NCBI GenBank assembly: GCA_965603825.1
Contig: CBFDEM010000040.1
Location: 124,001-188,000, forward strand
Direction: 5' to 3'
Length of the DNA: 64,000 nt
Origin: Blepharisma stoltei ATCC 30299
Taxonomy: Eukaryota > Protista > Ciliophora
Shown: piece by piece, positions 1 to 13,797 of the stretch
Numbering within the stretch: the stretch's first letter is position 1
Layout of the letters: the number at the start of each line of letters is the position of its first letter
Notes under the pieces: generated by a model
What the model saw: only the letters and a program-made list of their open reading frames with translations
What the model was told of the DNA's origin: nothing
Database searches by the model: none
Program-made: the position numbers and the translations under genes

Positions 1-2063
1 TAGGTGTTAACCATTCTGCCAGACACCACTGATCTACAAAGTACCCAATTTTCTATATTAAGAGGTGCAGCGCCACCTAAAAGTGTGACATCATGAATAA
101 TTTTTAAATTCATTTTGGCTAATTCTAATAAGCATGAATAAATCACTCTCGTTCCTAATGAAAACCCAATTAAAGAAATGCAAGCATTTCCAAATACCTT
201 ATTTGCAATAAAATGAGCTAAAATAATCCCAGTGATTTCCGCTTGTTTTGCAGACTGTTTGAATGAGTGGTTTTTTAATGCTTGTACTAATGGTAAAAAC
301 ATCTGTGTAGGAAACATAGCATATCCTACAACTTTGGCTATTAAAGAAGGAAAATCCTTTTTGACTAAATCATTTTTTGTTTTCGAGTCCCATCTCAAAG
401 CATAAGTTTGCCTTTGTCCTGGGGCATCTGATAGTAGCTGCCACGCAATGTTCATTTCATCACCCTGTGATAGTCAGCCAGAAATTGCAATAGTGACGTG
501 CAACGATGAATTTATATTGATACATTCAAATGCATAATCTTTTAATTCTCCATTTATCCCTTTATTTTTGTCAATAATTTTTTGATAAATGCTAAGAGCA
601 GATGTATAAGCTTTTCTAGAAAAGGAGCTCTCATTGATTTCTTCTTTATATTCTTCACCTATTCTTTCTAATTCAGGGTTTTTGTATTCAGAAGAGTTTA
701 AATCGTTTATGACTTTTTGAGCATCTTCACGGACATCTAATAGCTCGTGATTAAATCTTCAATAGTTGTGCTGGGCGCTTGGAAGATGCTGGGCTATCAC
801 TTGTTCTGCTGCTAAAATTAGTGTTCACTCAGTTTTTAAGCTAGATTTGCCAAGGATTTCTTCATATTTGTTTTGGAAAGAAATGTGAACGATTCTTCGA
901 AGCCATTCTCTATTGATACTTGGATATAGGTCATTATATGATGAATCATACCCAGGTAAAATCGCTTTATAAGTGTTTGAAAAAATCAATAAAAGGCTTA
1001 TAATTGTAAATAACCTTGCTGAAGGATCAGTTGAGGCTAGCCACCTTTCAGCGAAAATTTCAGGATCTGAATTTCTGTCAATAGCATTAATTTGGCGAAA
1101 AGCTTCAGGTGGGATATTTAAAAACATCAAAACTGTATCTAGAGTATTTCTAGTCTCTTCTAAACTGCTAGGATTAGCTAAAATTACTATATGCCCCATA
1201 TGAATTCTTGATTCCTGGCTGCATCTTGAATTGTCAAATAGCCTTATAGCCCCACTTTTTAAGTCCTGAATTCCTGTCTGGCAAAAAATTTCGAAATTGT
1301 TTTCCAATTGTCTTATATATGACTCCAAAAAATTATTCCATTGATTTTCTACAAAAACCTTTAATTTTTCTTGGCAATCTTTTATAAGCGCATCAGGGAT
1401 TTTCCCGACTTTTGAAGATATTTGTTTAATAGCTCCAAGCTGATATTCAGTTATTTCTCCTACTCTAAAATGTGTTTCTTTAGCAGTAAGTCCTTCACAG
1501 TCAATAAAAATCTTTCCTATTGCTTCTTTTGAGTTTTCCAATGCTGATGAAATATTTTTTTCAAGAATTTTGAAAACTTGGGGCTGTTTTTGTTTTCCTA
1601 AGTCTATCATTAAAAATTCTAATTTATTAAGAATTTCTTCTAGCTTGACAAATGGCCGTGCAGAATGGTTAGGAGGATAATAAAAATCTAAAGAGTTTGA
1701 TATAGAATTTTTGTTTTGAAACGTGAGATTTTCAAGTGTGTCTAGAAATAGTATAGAAGAGGATATCCTCTGGGCATCAATTTCACTACTAGATTTTAAA
1801 ACGAGCTCTTCAGACTGTTTAGAAAGCAATAAGTTTATACTTTCAGCATTTAGCTGTGACAGGTTATCTAAAGATCCTGCTTTTATTGACTGAAAAATTT
1901 CACTGTCGAGATCAGATTCTAACCCTTGAGATTTCATAAGTTCGACTATTTTGTCTTTTCAAAGCACTTCGAGCTCGACTTGATTTATAGGAAAAACCAA
2001 GTTTTTGCTTCATCTCATTATCTTTTTCAAAACTTTTTTAATTTTCGTTTTATCACTCACCAT
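1..2063 (-). CDS. TMCO4/DUF726 family alpha/beta-hydrolase-like protein, paralog 1 (3' end runs off the window)
   Basis: ATG at 2063 (MVSDKTKIKKVLKKIMRW...). The frame stays open through several in-frame TGA (e.g. 825-827, 474-476). C-terminal AISGWLS, LIGFSLGTRVIYSCL, LLGGA and VVSGRMV motifs of DUF726. Colinear with the paralog at 2112-4265. Confidence 0.85.
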
Positions 2064-2111
2064 ATTCTTTATAATTCATCTATATATTTATATATATTTT
2101 TTATAATATAA

Positions 2112-4265
2112 CTATGCATTATATTTTATTAAAGTCAATATCCTATCTAAAACTTCTCTATAGTTTGAATGTCCTGAAGCGAAATCAGTGACATTATAAT
2201 TTTCAATATTTTCTATAGGAATTTCATGATTCCCTATCGGTTTTTCAAATGTGGTGCAAGTATAACAAATAGAAAGAATTTTATCAGTCTTCGAATAACA
2301 ATTAATCAATCTTCCAGTCACCACTGATCTACAAAGTGCCCAATTTTCTAAAATTAAAGGAGTTGCGCCTCCTAAAAGTGTGACATCGTGAATTATTTTT
2401 AAATTCATTTTGGCTAGTTCTAATAAGCATGAATAAATAACTCTAGTTCCTAGTGAAAACCCTATTAACGAGATGCAAGCATTTCCGAATAGCTTATCTG
2501 CTATAAAATGAGCTAAAATAATTCCAGTTTTTTCAGCTTGTTTTGCTGATTTTTTGAAGGTATTGTTTTTCAAGCTTAGTATAAATGGAATAAGAAGCAC
2601 TGGAATAAAAGCAGAACCTACAGCCTTAGCTAGCAAAGAAGGAACATCTTTTTTGGCTACCTCTTTTCTTGTTCTTGAGTCCCATCTTAAAGCATAAGTT
2701 TGATTTTGCCCTGTAGCTTCTGATAGCAGTTGCCATGCAATTTCCATTTCATCTCCTTGTGAAAGCCACCCAGAAATTGCTATTGTGATATGCAATGAAG
2801 GGTTAGGATTTATAAGCTCAAATGAATAATCTATTAATTTTTTCCTATGCTTGTCTTTTATTTTATGGTAAAGTTTCATAGGAGAACTTTTGACTTTTTT
2901 ATGCTTAGAAGCATAGTGTTCTTCAAGGATTTTTTGAGCGTCATCGCGAACATTGAATAAATTATGGTTAAATCTTCAGTTATTTGGGTGGGGATTTGGT
3001 AAAAGCTTAGCAATGGCGTGCTCTGCTGCTAAAACTAGTGTCCATTCTGTTTTTGGACAGCTTTTCCCAAACATTTCTTCATACTTGTTATTAAAAGAAA
3101 CATGAATAATTCTTCGGAGCCATTCTCTATTTGCACCTGTATAAGGATCATTATATGTAAAATCATAATCCGGCAAAATAGCTTTATAAGTATTCGAAAA
3201 AATCAATAAAAGACTAACAATTGTAAACAATCTTGATGAAGAGTCTGTTGATTTTAGCCAATTATCTGCAAATGTCTCAGGATTCGTGTCTTTTGCAAGA
3301 GTATGAATTTGACGAAAGGCCTCTGGTGGTAAATCTAAAAATGTCAAAATTGTATCTAAGGTAGTTCTAGTCCCTTCTATGTTCCCAAAGCTAGTTAAAT
3401 ATACTATATTTCCCATGTATATTCTTGACTCTTGGCTGCATTTTGAATTGTCAAAGAGCCTTAACCTCCCAGCTTGCAAATCTTGGATCCCAGTCTGGCA
3501 AAAAACTTCTAAATTAATTTCCAATTGTCTTATATACGACTCCAAAAATTCATTTCCACGCTTTTCCAAAAATTTTATGAGCTTTTTTTGTGATTTTTTT
3601 ATCAAGTAAAAAGGAATTTTTCCAATCTCTGAATGAAAATTCCTGATAACTCCAAATTGTATTTCTGCAACTTCACCGATTTTAAAGTGGGTTTCTTTAA
3701 CCGTAAGTCCTTCACATTCATTGAAAGCTTTTTCGATTGCTTCTTTTGGTTTTTCAATGGAAATATCATTATGGAGAATTTCAAAAACCTGAGGCTGTTT
3801 CAGTTTTCCCATCTCAATCATTAGCTTTTCTAGTTTTTTAAGGAGTTTTTCTTCTTTAACAAATGAGCGTGCAGGATGATTAATGCGAAAATAGACATCT
3901 ATTGAGCTAGTAAGAGTGGCTTTGTTTACAATGGTGAGATCTTCGAGAGTGTCAAGGAATATGCTTGCAGAAGATATGTGCTGGGCGTCAATTTCTACGC
4001 TGGATTTATTTACTAGCTCTTCAGATTCCTTGACTAGTTCTGGGACTAAGCTTTCAGCATTTGTCTGAGATAAATTGTCTAATGAGCCGACTTTTAGTGC
4101 CTGAAAAATCTGATCATTTGGATCAGCATTTAATCCTTGTGAGCGCATAAATCCTGTTACTTGATCCCTTCAAAGGTTTTCAAGCTCAACTTGATTCATA
4201 GGGAAAGCCAAAGTTTTGCTTCATTTCATGATCTTTTTTGAAACTTTTTCAATTTTTCTCTCCAT
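2112..4265 (-). CDS. TMCO4/DUF726 family alpha/beta-hydrolase-like protein, paralog 2 (~717 aa)
   Basis: ATG at 4265. Track ORFs 2976-4148 and 2112-2879 join in frame through TGA=Trp. GFSLG nucleophile-elbow motif, VVTGRLINCYSKTD and GHSNY. TAG stop. Confidence 0.88.
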
Positions 4266-4360
4266 ATTATTATTATTGCTTATGATAGCCTAATTTAATT
4301 AATTTGATATGCTGACATATTTAAAAATTTTCTCCAGATACTCTTTGCAATATTTATTAT

Positions 4361-6919
4361 TTAGCTTTTATAAAAGGCATTTTTCGCGATCATCAGAACT
4401 TCATTCGGGCTGTTTCTTATCATTTTTTTCGTTGATTTCATCACTAAGTTTGTATCCTCACACGAGTAAATGCCTTTGATCCGATAGTCTTCAAACCAAT
4501 ATAAAAATGCGCCAGCGTAAAAATAAAATATTGTTTCAATTGTTTTCTTGTTTGCTTTTATAAGTTTGTTTAATTTTCGTTGTTTTACAGCTAAGACCAC
4601 CAAGTTTGTAACTTCAAATGAGTACTTAGCAAGCGGAAATTGGTGAGGAGGCTGCTGACTATAATTTAGCATTTCTTTTAAGCTTATATTAAAAAACGTC
4701 GCGAAAAAATACAAGTGAAATATACAAAGCCCAGATGCATCATAATTAAAATTTGTGTTAAAAAACTGAGGACCAAGGCCAACTTCGCCCCAGTTTTCAG
4801 GATTTTCTGGTCAATCATTATTTCCTGTGACTTTTGAATAATAGCTATGGAGAAGATTTAAATGGTAAGAGTTATTAGAGTTGAATTTTACCTCAGAAAA
4901 GGCAATGGTTTTTTCACAAAGCTCTTTTTCTTCATCATTTAATTCTTCTGAGCCTCTAAAACAGCATGTAAAAATATTTCTTATTGTGTATTGACTTGTC
5001 CACATATTTTTAGATGAAAATTGAGGCTTTAGGTCTAGGCTTTGAAAGACTTTGAGGGCCTCTTCAAATGAAATCGGGACTATTTTATTTCCTTGGCTGA
5101 TATCTGTTAGTAATTTAGGCTCAAAATTTTGATGCGTTTCAATTTGTTGAGAAGAAGAATTGCTTGAAAAATGAATTTCTATGTCATCTTCTAGCTCTTT
5201 TGATAAGATTTTGGTATAAATTTGACTCATATTGATTTTCTGGGTAGCAGAGATGGTTTTTTCTTTTGATTCTTCAACATTTTTCTCCATTTTTACAGTT
5301 TCTTCTGGATTTTTTGGTGATTTTATGATTTCAGGCATAATTTCATCTTCAAACTCAATTTTTCTTTCAAAAATGTTGTTTTTCTTTTCAACCACAACTT
5401 CTACAGTCAATGATTCTGGCTTTTCAAATTTTGGTTTAATATTCGGCACTTTTTTACTCCAATTAAGTGTTGATTGTTCCCTTTCTTTTTCTGGCTTTAT
5501 CACTGCTTTATTTTTCTCTTTTAAATTATCATCATTTTTTCTCTTTGTTTTTTGCAATATTTCATCACTAGAGCGGTTTAAGTCAGTTCGTTGAGTTATG
5601 CAAATATTTACCTCTTCAGTATCAAGTGATGATGCTGAGTGGGCTGATTTTGGAGATTCATTATTTTCAATAATTATAGATTTTTTGTCCAGCTCGTAGC
5701 TTGAGTTCAGCTTATTTTTTCTGCCGTAAGAGCTCTTTTTCAAATGCAGAGGCGGAAGTGTCTTTTTGGAGCTTGGATCTCTTAGTGCTCCAGTGACCTT
5801 TTCGCTGCACATAATTTTTTCTACTGCATCAAGTAGCTCCTTAGAGCTTTCTACTTCTTCTTTAGGACTTTCATCTTTAATTAAAGCTTGGTTCTCCATA
5901 ATTTCATCATATGACGATTTATTTTCTTCATCTTCATCAATAATTCTTGATGATTCTTCACTTTTATTAATTTTATAGATTTCAGTTTTTTTTCTTGGAA
6001 GCTTTAGTCTAAGAGTATCAAATGAATCTTTTTCTGAAATAATATCTCTGGAGGATTCTAGACTAATAGTAAGTGATGGATTCATCAAAAAATCAGGCGA
6101 TTTTTCTATGATGCTTTCTTCGATACTTTCTTTTGATATTACTTCATAATTTTGAGGAAAATTTCTTTTAGGCTTTCATGGAGGAAGAGGAGGAATTAAC
6201 AGCTGATGTGAAGCAGGGCGATAAAAAGACCTTGAAGATCTTCTTCTTGACAATAAAGGTGCATGATTCGGACTGCAAAATTCAGAAATTTCCATACTAT
6301 TTGCTCTTTCTCTCCTCAGATCTCCTAAAAATTTCACACTTTTATCCAAGTTGCTTTCATTTAGATTTCTGTAAGAATTTTCAATTTTTTCAGGTATGGG
6401 GATATTTTTAGAGCTGATGTTTCCATCGATGTTTTCTATTTCGTTATATTCATGCGTATTATTAAAATTTTCTCATTCAGAGTCACATAAATAAAATGGT
6501 GCCAATTTGGAAGGTAAGATTTTATCAATATCTATTTTAGCCTCGGATTGTGAAATTACTGGCTGGATCTCCAAGTCAAAATCTGGCTCTTGAGACACGG
6601 TTTTGGTAGGATTCTGAATGCTACTGCCAATACTCTCTGTTGTAAGAATTTTGGGCTGAAGCATAACACCTTTGCCAGAAATCACGATAATTTCATTTGG
6701 GGAATTTCGTTCAGATTTTTTATTCAAGTTCGGCGATTCGGACATTATTGGTCCAAAATCGGCTTTTCCAGTGGCTTTATTTGTGTTGTATTCACTGTTC
6801 AACTTTTTGATACTGGTAGATCTTTTATGAGAGTCCTCGAATGGTACCAATGCAGTAATCATATTTGGATTTTTAATATTCTGATCAAAAAGATATTCTG
6901 TTTCTAAGCCAGCATGCAT
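4361..6919 (-). CDS. Large low-complexity protein with C-terminal divergent ELMO/CED-12 domain (~852 aa)
   Basis: Three track ORFs join in frame via TGA (6473, ~6177, 4811) with no TAA/TAG between them. The C-terminus (HLNLLHSYY...WGEVGL...GLCIFHLYFF...FPLAKYSFEVT...FYAGAFLYW) follows the ELMO domain pattern. Confidence 0.7.
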
Positions 6920-7153
6920 ATTTTATATTTTATGCTGCATTTTAAACATATTTTTCAAATTTTAAAACCCTGAAGATGGAAAATCAAGCTTAATCAGCAA
7001 TTTTTTTAACTTTTTAAACAAACTGCTTGAAATTAATTCTAAGCTCCTCTATATTATTATTTGTTAGTTCCAATTAAAATGGATAAAATTTATTATGCAA
7101 AAATTTTTCTCGTATTTATTTGCTGTAACTATCAGCTTAATATAAATTTTTAT

Positions 7154-8110
7154 TTATATTAATTCTTTTTCTTTAATACTTTCTTCTTGAAACTGTATGA
7201 TATTTTCCTTATCAAAAGATTTTTCTTGATCCTGCTCATCTTTGCCTAATATGTAGCCTTGTTCAGAAATTTGCACTAAAGATGGAGCAGAAGGTGCAGT
7301 TTGTTGAAGATTAATTTGAGAATAAGCTAATTGGGTGCTCTGCTTAAAAATCGGCAGCTCTTCTTCTCCAGCCATAGCAACTTCAACAAAATTTGGAATT
7401 TTCTTTATTCCAATGAACAGAGCAGAGCTTTCAAGCCTAGTTGCAAGCTCATCAGAAATTAAAGTGAAATTTAAAAAGCCATATACATCTAAATATTTGT
7501 TACATAAATATCCAAAAATCAACCCAAAAATTAATTCCCAAAGAACTCCAAGCCAAGATAAAGCGGCAGTCATTACGAATGGGAAATATTTTGATTTTAT
7601 CTGAATTGGGATAGATAAGAATTGGGAATTTGAGTCTGGGTCTTTGCTGCAGCTGATTACTGTCTCAAATATAATCATATGCCATACGCCAGCTATATGA
7701 TAGCTTGATAGTCTTTGCAGATAATATATAGGAATATAAGATATTATGCTAAAAATAAGTGAAATTGATAAGCCAATAAGGCAGCTGTTTAGTGAAAAAT
7801 ATATGAAATATTTTACTGTTCCATACTTACGCTCAGTCTTACAGGATAGTCATAGATAGGCTATCATCTCTATAGCGAAAAGCAAGATTTTAGTACTAGC
7901 ATATGTAAATGTAAACAAGCGCCACAGCTGAGTGCTTTTGACTGTGAGATGAGGAGTAGATATCAAAGAGTGGTCAATGTGTAAGTGAAACAGCACTAAG
8001 AGATAAACTCCTGCTGAAAAATAAAGAATAAGTCTTGTAAAAGCAGGCATCCTTCCCCACCAATTTTTTAAGCGGCCACGTGCATCTTGATTAGGATCTG
8101 AATAGAACAT
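7154..8110 (-). CDS. Rhomboid-like/Der1-like multipass membrane protein, probably a pseudoprotease (~313 aa after splicing)
   Basis: ORFs 7850-8110 and 7154-7678 join via TGA at 7850. QLWRLFT (WR motif), ERKYGT, SKYFPF and GLIFGYL motifs. No GxSG catalytic motif (AGVW instead). One 15-nt intron. Confidence 0.75.
7489..7503 (-). other. 15-nt spliceosomal intron GTAACAAATATTTAG
   Basis: GT...AG with A at position 10. Removal converts GYL-CNKYLD-VYGFL into the hydrophobic GYLYVYGFL. It is in frame with no stop, so splicing is inferred. Confidence 0.7.
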
Positions 8111-8207
8111 TTTTATTAAATTTTAAAAATTTATTAATAAGCCTATATTCAGAGGGAACCAGATAAAAGCTATAAAATTTGCTAAGCACCCCTTTTATAA
8201 TTTAAAA

Positions 8208-8771
8208 ATGGGAAGAGAAATACGGCTAAACATACAATCCATCGAAACACTTGCCTGCAGTGTGTGTGGAGAATACTCAACTGAGCCTTGGGAATGTTAC
8301 GCTTGTGAGAAGTTTTTTTGCTTTAATTGCCTCACAGATTTTGCTAACAGTAATCCAATCGGAAATTGTCCCCAAGGATGCGTCAACACACGAATTGAGG
8401 TCGTTGGTCCTACGTTTTCCAAAATGCTAAGGCAGCTTATAGTTAAGTGTAAGTACAATAATTGCAATGCAGAGGTACCTTTACAAGACATTTTGACTCA
8501 TGAAGAAACTTGCAGATGCAGACCTGACAAAATGGATATCGACAAACATGATCGAATCGAAGAAATTCGATTAAAACGAGACTCAGAGTGAATACAAATG
8601 CTGCAAAACTCATGGGGCAGAGGATATCCTTTGGTATATCCTATGACTCCAAACGGATGTATGCCCTTTTTTGCACCTAATTACCCACCTCCGATGACGC
8701 CAACTCCTTCATCACATGGTTCTTTTGTGTTTCCCTGCCCAACACCAAGATCCAATAATTTTCAACTATAA
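8208..8771 (+). CDS. RING-finger plus TRAF/Sina-type zinc finger protein with Pro-rich tail (~187 aa)
   Basis: CSVC...CYACEKFFCFNC...CPQGC, then CKYNNC...HEETC. Reads through TGA 8589-8591 to TAA 8769-8771. Confidence 0.8.
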
Positions 8772-8821
8772 CGGTATAATTTAATTTAATTACGCTATTT
8801 TGGTGGTAAAAATGAGTTATC

Positions 8822-11800
8822 TTAAGCATTTTTTCTTTTTCTTGCTTTCAAACCTTTCAGAACACCTTGTTTGGCTGTTTTAATCAAATTATTCATTTTA
8901 TTCGCAATCTTGACACGCTTGCGCTTGTTCAGGATTTTTGCGTTAAATTGAACATATGCGTGAGGAGTGGCTTTTCCTGGCTTGTTCATGTCACCTTTTG
9001 CACTGTTTGATTTATATTCGTCGCCTGTGGAATTTACAACGATGCCATCATCATTTACTTTCCGTTTTTTATATAAAACTTCATCAGTTTGCTCTTCATT
9101 TTCAGAATCTGAGCGCTGACGCTTCTCAGGATCTTCATTAATAACGAATTTTCCTCCGACAATTTGCACGTCTTTTGATTTATTTGTTTGAGTCTTTTGT
9201 TTTATTTTTGGCATTGCTGGGATATCTAATTCGTTCATAAAATGATACTCTCTAGGAAGAGCAGGCGCTGGAGCTTGTTTTTCTTCTCTGATAGGGTTAT
9301 CTACGTCTATCATTTCTTCATCTTTTTCCTGCTCCTTTTCTTTTTTAGCTTTATTTTCTTTTTTGTGTTTTTTCTTCACATCTCTTGCGATATAGTGCAA
9401 TAATTTTTTGTGTTTCTCTGGGAATCTTTTTTCTAATTCTTCATACCCGATTTTCTTTAAAAGTTTTTCTATTACATATCTGACTTTGACTTTTAGTGTA
9501 TTTTTTTCTACCATATTTGAGAAAATTCCTCCCAAAACTTTGTCTAGTATTGATATCGCTTTTTCTGTACTTAGCAAAGAAATGATATCTTTAAAGAATT
9601 TTAGCACAGCTCTGTTTACTTCTTTGCTTGGATCTGCCAGGAGATAGCTGATAGTTGTGCATAATTCACATAAATAATTTTGCTGGCTGTCATAAGAGTC
9701 AAAAATGTTTTGGCCTGATTGTTCTTCGTTTTTAATAAAATGACGAAGAAGGCAAGAAAGGATATCAATTGTTGCAGATTTTGTGGTATCAATTACAGAA
9801 GCTAGGCCAGCTAGAACTGTGTTTACAAGGATTAAAAATTGTCCTTGGTTACTCATAAATTCTCCGATTTTAAGGATAAATCCTTTTGAAGTTTCTCTGG
9901 TTTTTTTGCTATTGGATCTTAAAGAGTGCATGATTTCTATAATTAATGTATTTAATTTTTCAGTAAGTTCTTGGTAATTCCAATGGTTTGTTAATTCATC
10001 AAATACTCTTAATCTAGCTTTTCTAGCTACTTCGTGGCATTTTGTGATTGAATTACTCATAACTATGCTTTCTACTAATTTAGAGTCAGCTTTGCATATC
10101 AATCTCATTACATCATAAGCTTTTTTCTGCATTTTTCCTTGATCATTCTCTATGAAAACATTAGCAAATCTGATTAGAATTTCCTTATCGCTTTCCGAAA
10201 TTATTTTCAATTTTGGTAGCATTTTTGTAATTAAAATCATATGGAGTAATATGTCTTCCATTTTGCCTTTAGGGTCTCTTTTTATTTTTATAGTTTTATC
10301 GATCAGCACTTTTACTAATTTTTCAGCATAATCAGGATGAGCTGGATATTTTAGGATAAATGATAAGACTTCTTTACTTGGGGAAGCCAAGTAGCTGTTA
10401 AATAAAACTGGGATAAATTTGTCTTGGACTGACTCGAATATTGGCTCGTTTCTTGGCACTAGACAGACTTCAAGGCCTTTTAATATGTAAGGCCTAAGAT
10501 ACGTGCCTCTTGATATGATTTTTGAGAGTGTGGGAAGTAAAGAATGTAAATAATTTTGATAATCTTGTGTCCAGTATTTAATTTTGCAGAAAGCTGGAAA
10601 AGTGCTTCATATTTGTTCTATTAAAGCTTGATATTTTTTAGAAGCTGTTACAAGGCCTTCATTTAAAGCTTGATTTTGCTGTCTTTCAATCTGTTCAGCA
10701 ATAGGGAACATTTTTGTAAAGAAAAAGCCTAAGTCACCATTATTTAAACGGTCAATAAGAATAGGCAAAATCCATGATCTTGATTTTTCTAAGAAATTTG
10801 GGTCTTCTAAAGAAACCAAGTTCATTTGTAAAGGAATTATATTAAAAAACTTGTTAACACCTAGCGTATTTATAGCTGTTCCTACCAATCTGCTAAACGT
10901 CTCATATTTATGGTTTTTCACTGCTAACTGATCAATTTCTTGTAGCAATCTCTGCACAATATGCTCAGAATTCGGGCCAAGTCTTTCAATAAAAATTGCT
11001 AAAATAGGGAAAATCATTTCTAAAATATCAGAAAATCTTTCATTTAATAAATAAACCATAGTAGCTGTAATTCTTTGTATAGGCAAAACTCCACTATCTT
11101 CAATATTAAGTACATCAAAGCTTAAAGCCAGCTCATCCAATGGGTTTAATTCTTTTGCATGGTTCTCTGTAATACACCTTGAAATTACTGATACTAATGA
11201 ATTTGAGGCTGCATGCTGGACGTCTAATTGATTTGATAATAAATATTCGGTAAGTGTTGATATACTCTGACTAAGCACTTTATAGCATTCTGCGCTATCT
11301 AAGCTATTAAAATGATAAACAGCTTGGCTTAGAGCTTGCATATAGGCAATTTGTAATTTTTCATTCCCTCCGGAAAGGGGTGGGTTTTCTAGTAAGTCAA
11401 TAATAAACCGATGAATCACGTCTAAAGGAAGCTTTGTGCCTGCAAATAAAGTTTCTAATGTCAAAAAGGCTTGGGTTGAAAGGTTTATCGTTAAGTTTAA
11501 TGTGGCAAGGCTCATTACTTTTGAGGCAAGGAATATAGTGGAATCTATAGGGAGCATTTGTAAAAATGCGCTTAAAAATTGTAAAATGTATATTAAACTC
11601 TCTGTTTTTGCGTGGGTTTGCTGCATGTCCATATACTCGTTCATTTTATTTACGATGTATTCTGAAATGATTGGGACATTGATTAAGCCTTTTCTAAGGA
11701 GTTTAACTAGAGAGGTGATTGCTTGCTTTCTTGCATGTGAATTTGGGTGCATGATTAAATCCACCATAATTTCTAGGATTTTAGCTTTTTCTCCCCAATT

Positions 11801-12157
11801 TTGCCACTCTTCTTTAGGAATAACCTGTATTAATCTTTCTAGGACCTTGACAGAGTATTTTCCTAAATACGGCGAGTCTTCTCTTAAGAGGTGGATCACG
11901 TCATTTTTTATACGGTCAAACTCTTTTTGGAGGAGGGAAATGGAAATTGGCTGGAGAGAACAAGCTAAAAGAATCAAGGAAGCTTCTTGATGCAAAATGT
12001 CTTGTGGATTTTCCACAAGATCAAGGATGCTTGCATAATAAAGTGTAGGAGTTTTATTGGGGAGAACTTGCTCAATTGCTTTTAATAATAAGTTTGCTTT
12101 TGTGTAGACTGGATTATCTTCTGTGTGAGCCTTAACCTTAAGAAAAGCCTCAGCCAT
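8822..12157 (-). CDS. RRP12: RRP12-like ribosome biogenesis HEAT-repeat protein, NUC173 domain (~1111 aa)
   Basis: ORFs join via TGA at 10607, giving QIWSTFPAFC (RRP12 QIWSLLPGFC-type motif). RSWILPIL...LGFF in NUC173; C-terminal GDEYKSNSAKGDM...PHAYV motif. Confidence 0.88.
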
Positions 12158-12811
12158 TTTATTAAGAATTTTGATTAATTTTAAGGAATTTCATAATTAA
12201 TATTTCATAAGATAGAGAATGATGCAGATAAAAAATTTTGAAAAATAACAAACTGAAATGATTTCTTTATAATTCATAAGTAATTTTTATTTATTTTTTC
12301 TATAAAGAAGTAAACACAAGATGTGAGGTGAAATATTTTAACTTTTTATAGTTCATATGAGTCTTAGCATTATTCTAATCACTCATTGCAAACTTGAAAA
12401 GGATTTTTTAAGATTATAAGAATCAAAAATTCAATCGTTTAATTTGTTCTCTACGGTCTGTTTGTTCTCATAATAGAGTGAATAAATAAAGAAATTTCTT
12501 TAACAATCCAAAAGTTGGCTAAAACTATAATATATTCTTGAAATTTTATTATTTTCTAAGTTTAAAGAAGCAATTACAATTAAAAAATCTTATGGAATTT
12601 TCGAATACTTTTAATATTGAAAAAAAGTCAGAGCTCCTGACTTCAGTCATTTAAATACATAGCTGTAATGCACTAGACCTTGAAATTACCTTCAAATCTA
12701 AAAAAAGTGTTTCATTAACCTTCAAAAGGGTGTACTTCCATTTACATAAATTTGACAATAATTTATCCAGTTATCACTATTACTGATCCTGGGGAAAATT
12801 TTTAGCCAAAA

Positions 12812-13294
12812 ATGGATTTAATAAATATGAAAACTCAAAGCTTTAAGTGTAATTACAAAAACTGCGACAAAAGCTATTGCAGTTTGAACAATTTAAGGAG
12901 ACATTACGAAGGTGCTCATATAGGAATCAAACGATTCAGATGCAGCATTTGCAAGAAGTATTTGTCATCTAAACAGAGTTTAATTGAGCACATGTTCATG
13001 CATACAGGCCAAAAACCTTTTGTATGCTCTTTTCCTAACTGCGGTATCAGTTTTAGGCAAGGAAGTCAATTATCATTACATAGAAAAATGCATGAAGAAG
13101 TAATAAAAAGGTGTTGTGAGTATAAAAATGAAGTAAAATCAGAGAAGATCAGCTTCATGATACAACTTCCAATACTGAAAGAAGAAGCCCCTCAAAATCT
13201 TGAAACGTCGTGTAGTCTTAGTACTGTGATTTTGTCACCAATATCTCAGCCACAATATGGAGTCGTACTTCCATTACCAGCCATTTTGAGCTAA
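12812..13294 (+). CDS. C2H2 zinc-finger transcription factor (3 fingers)
   Basis: CNYKNC...HYEGAH, CSIC...HMFMH, TGQKPF linker, CSFPNC...HRKMH. Confidence 0.9.
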   Translation: MDLINMKTQSFKCNYKNCDKSYCSLNNLRRHYEGAHIGIKRFRCSICKKYLSSKQSLIEHMFMHTGQKPFVCSFPNCGISFRQGSQLSLHRKMHEEVIKRCCEYKNEVKSEKISFMIQLPILKEEAPQNLETSCSLSTVILSPISQPQYGVVLPLPAILS

Positions 13295-13797
13295 TGCTAA
13301 GTTTAATTAAATGTATCGTGATCTAGCAAATAGTAGAAAATCAATAAAATTATAAATCGAATTGAAATCTCCAATATGATTAATTATAACGACAGACAAG
13401 ATGTGGTAAAATAAAAATTGAGTCTATTGATCTTTTTAAGAAAAATAATGAAATCCCAAAATTAACTGAATATAAATGCAGAATAAAAGGTATTTTTTTA
13501 AAACATAATAAATTTGGTTGAATATGCTGCCACTAAGAAAGAAAGTTCCTATAGAGAATTATATCAAATAATTATAATTAACAAAAAAATAAAAGATTAA
13601 AAAATATTTTTTAAGTCATAAAAAAGCTATCTTGCCTTTTCTTTATATTTTATTGTAAAATTTAATATTTCAATGGTTTAAATATCATGATTAGAAAATT
13701 TTTACTAAAAAGACCCACATTTAATATTTTCAAATAGTGGTCGAAAGAAAAAAAAAGGGGTTTGATAACGAAATTCTGATGTCAATTATAAATCTAT

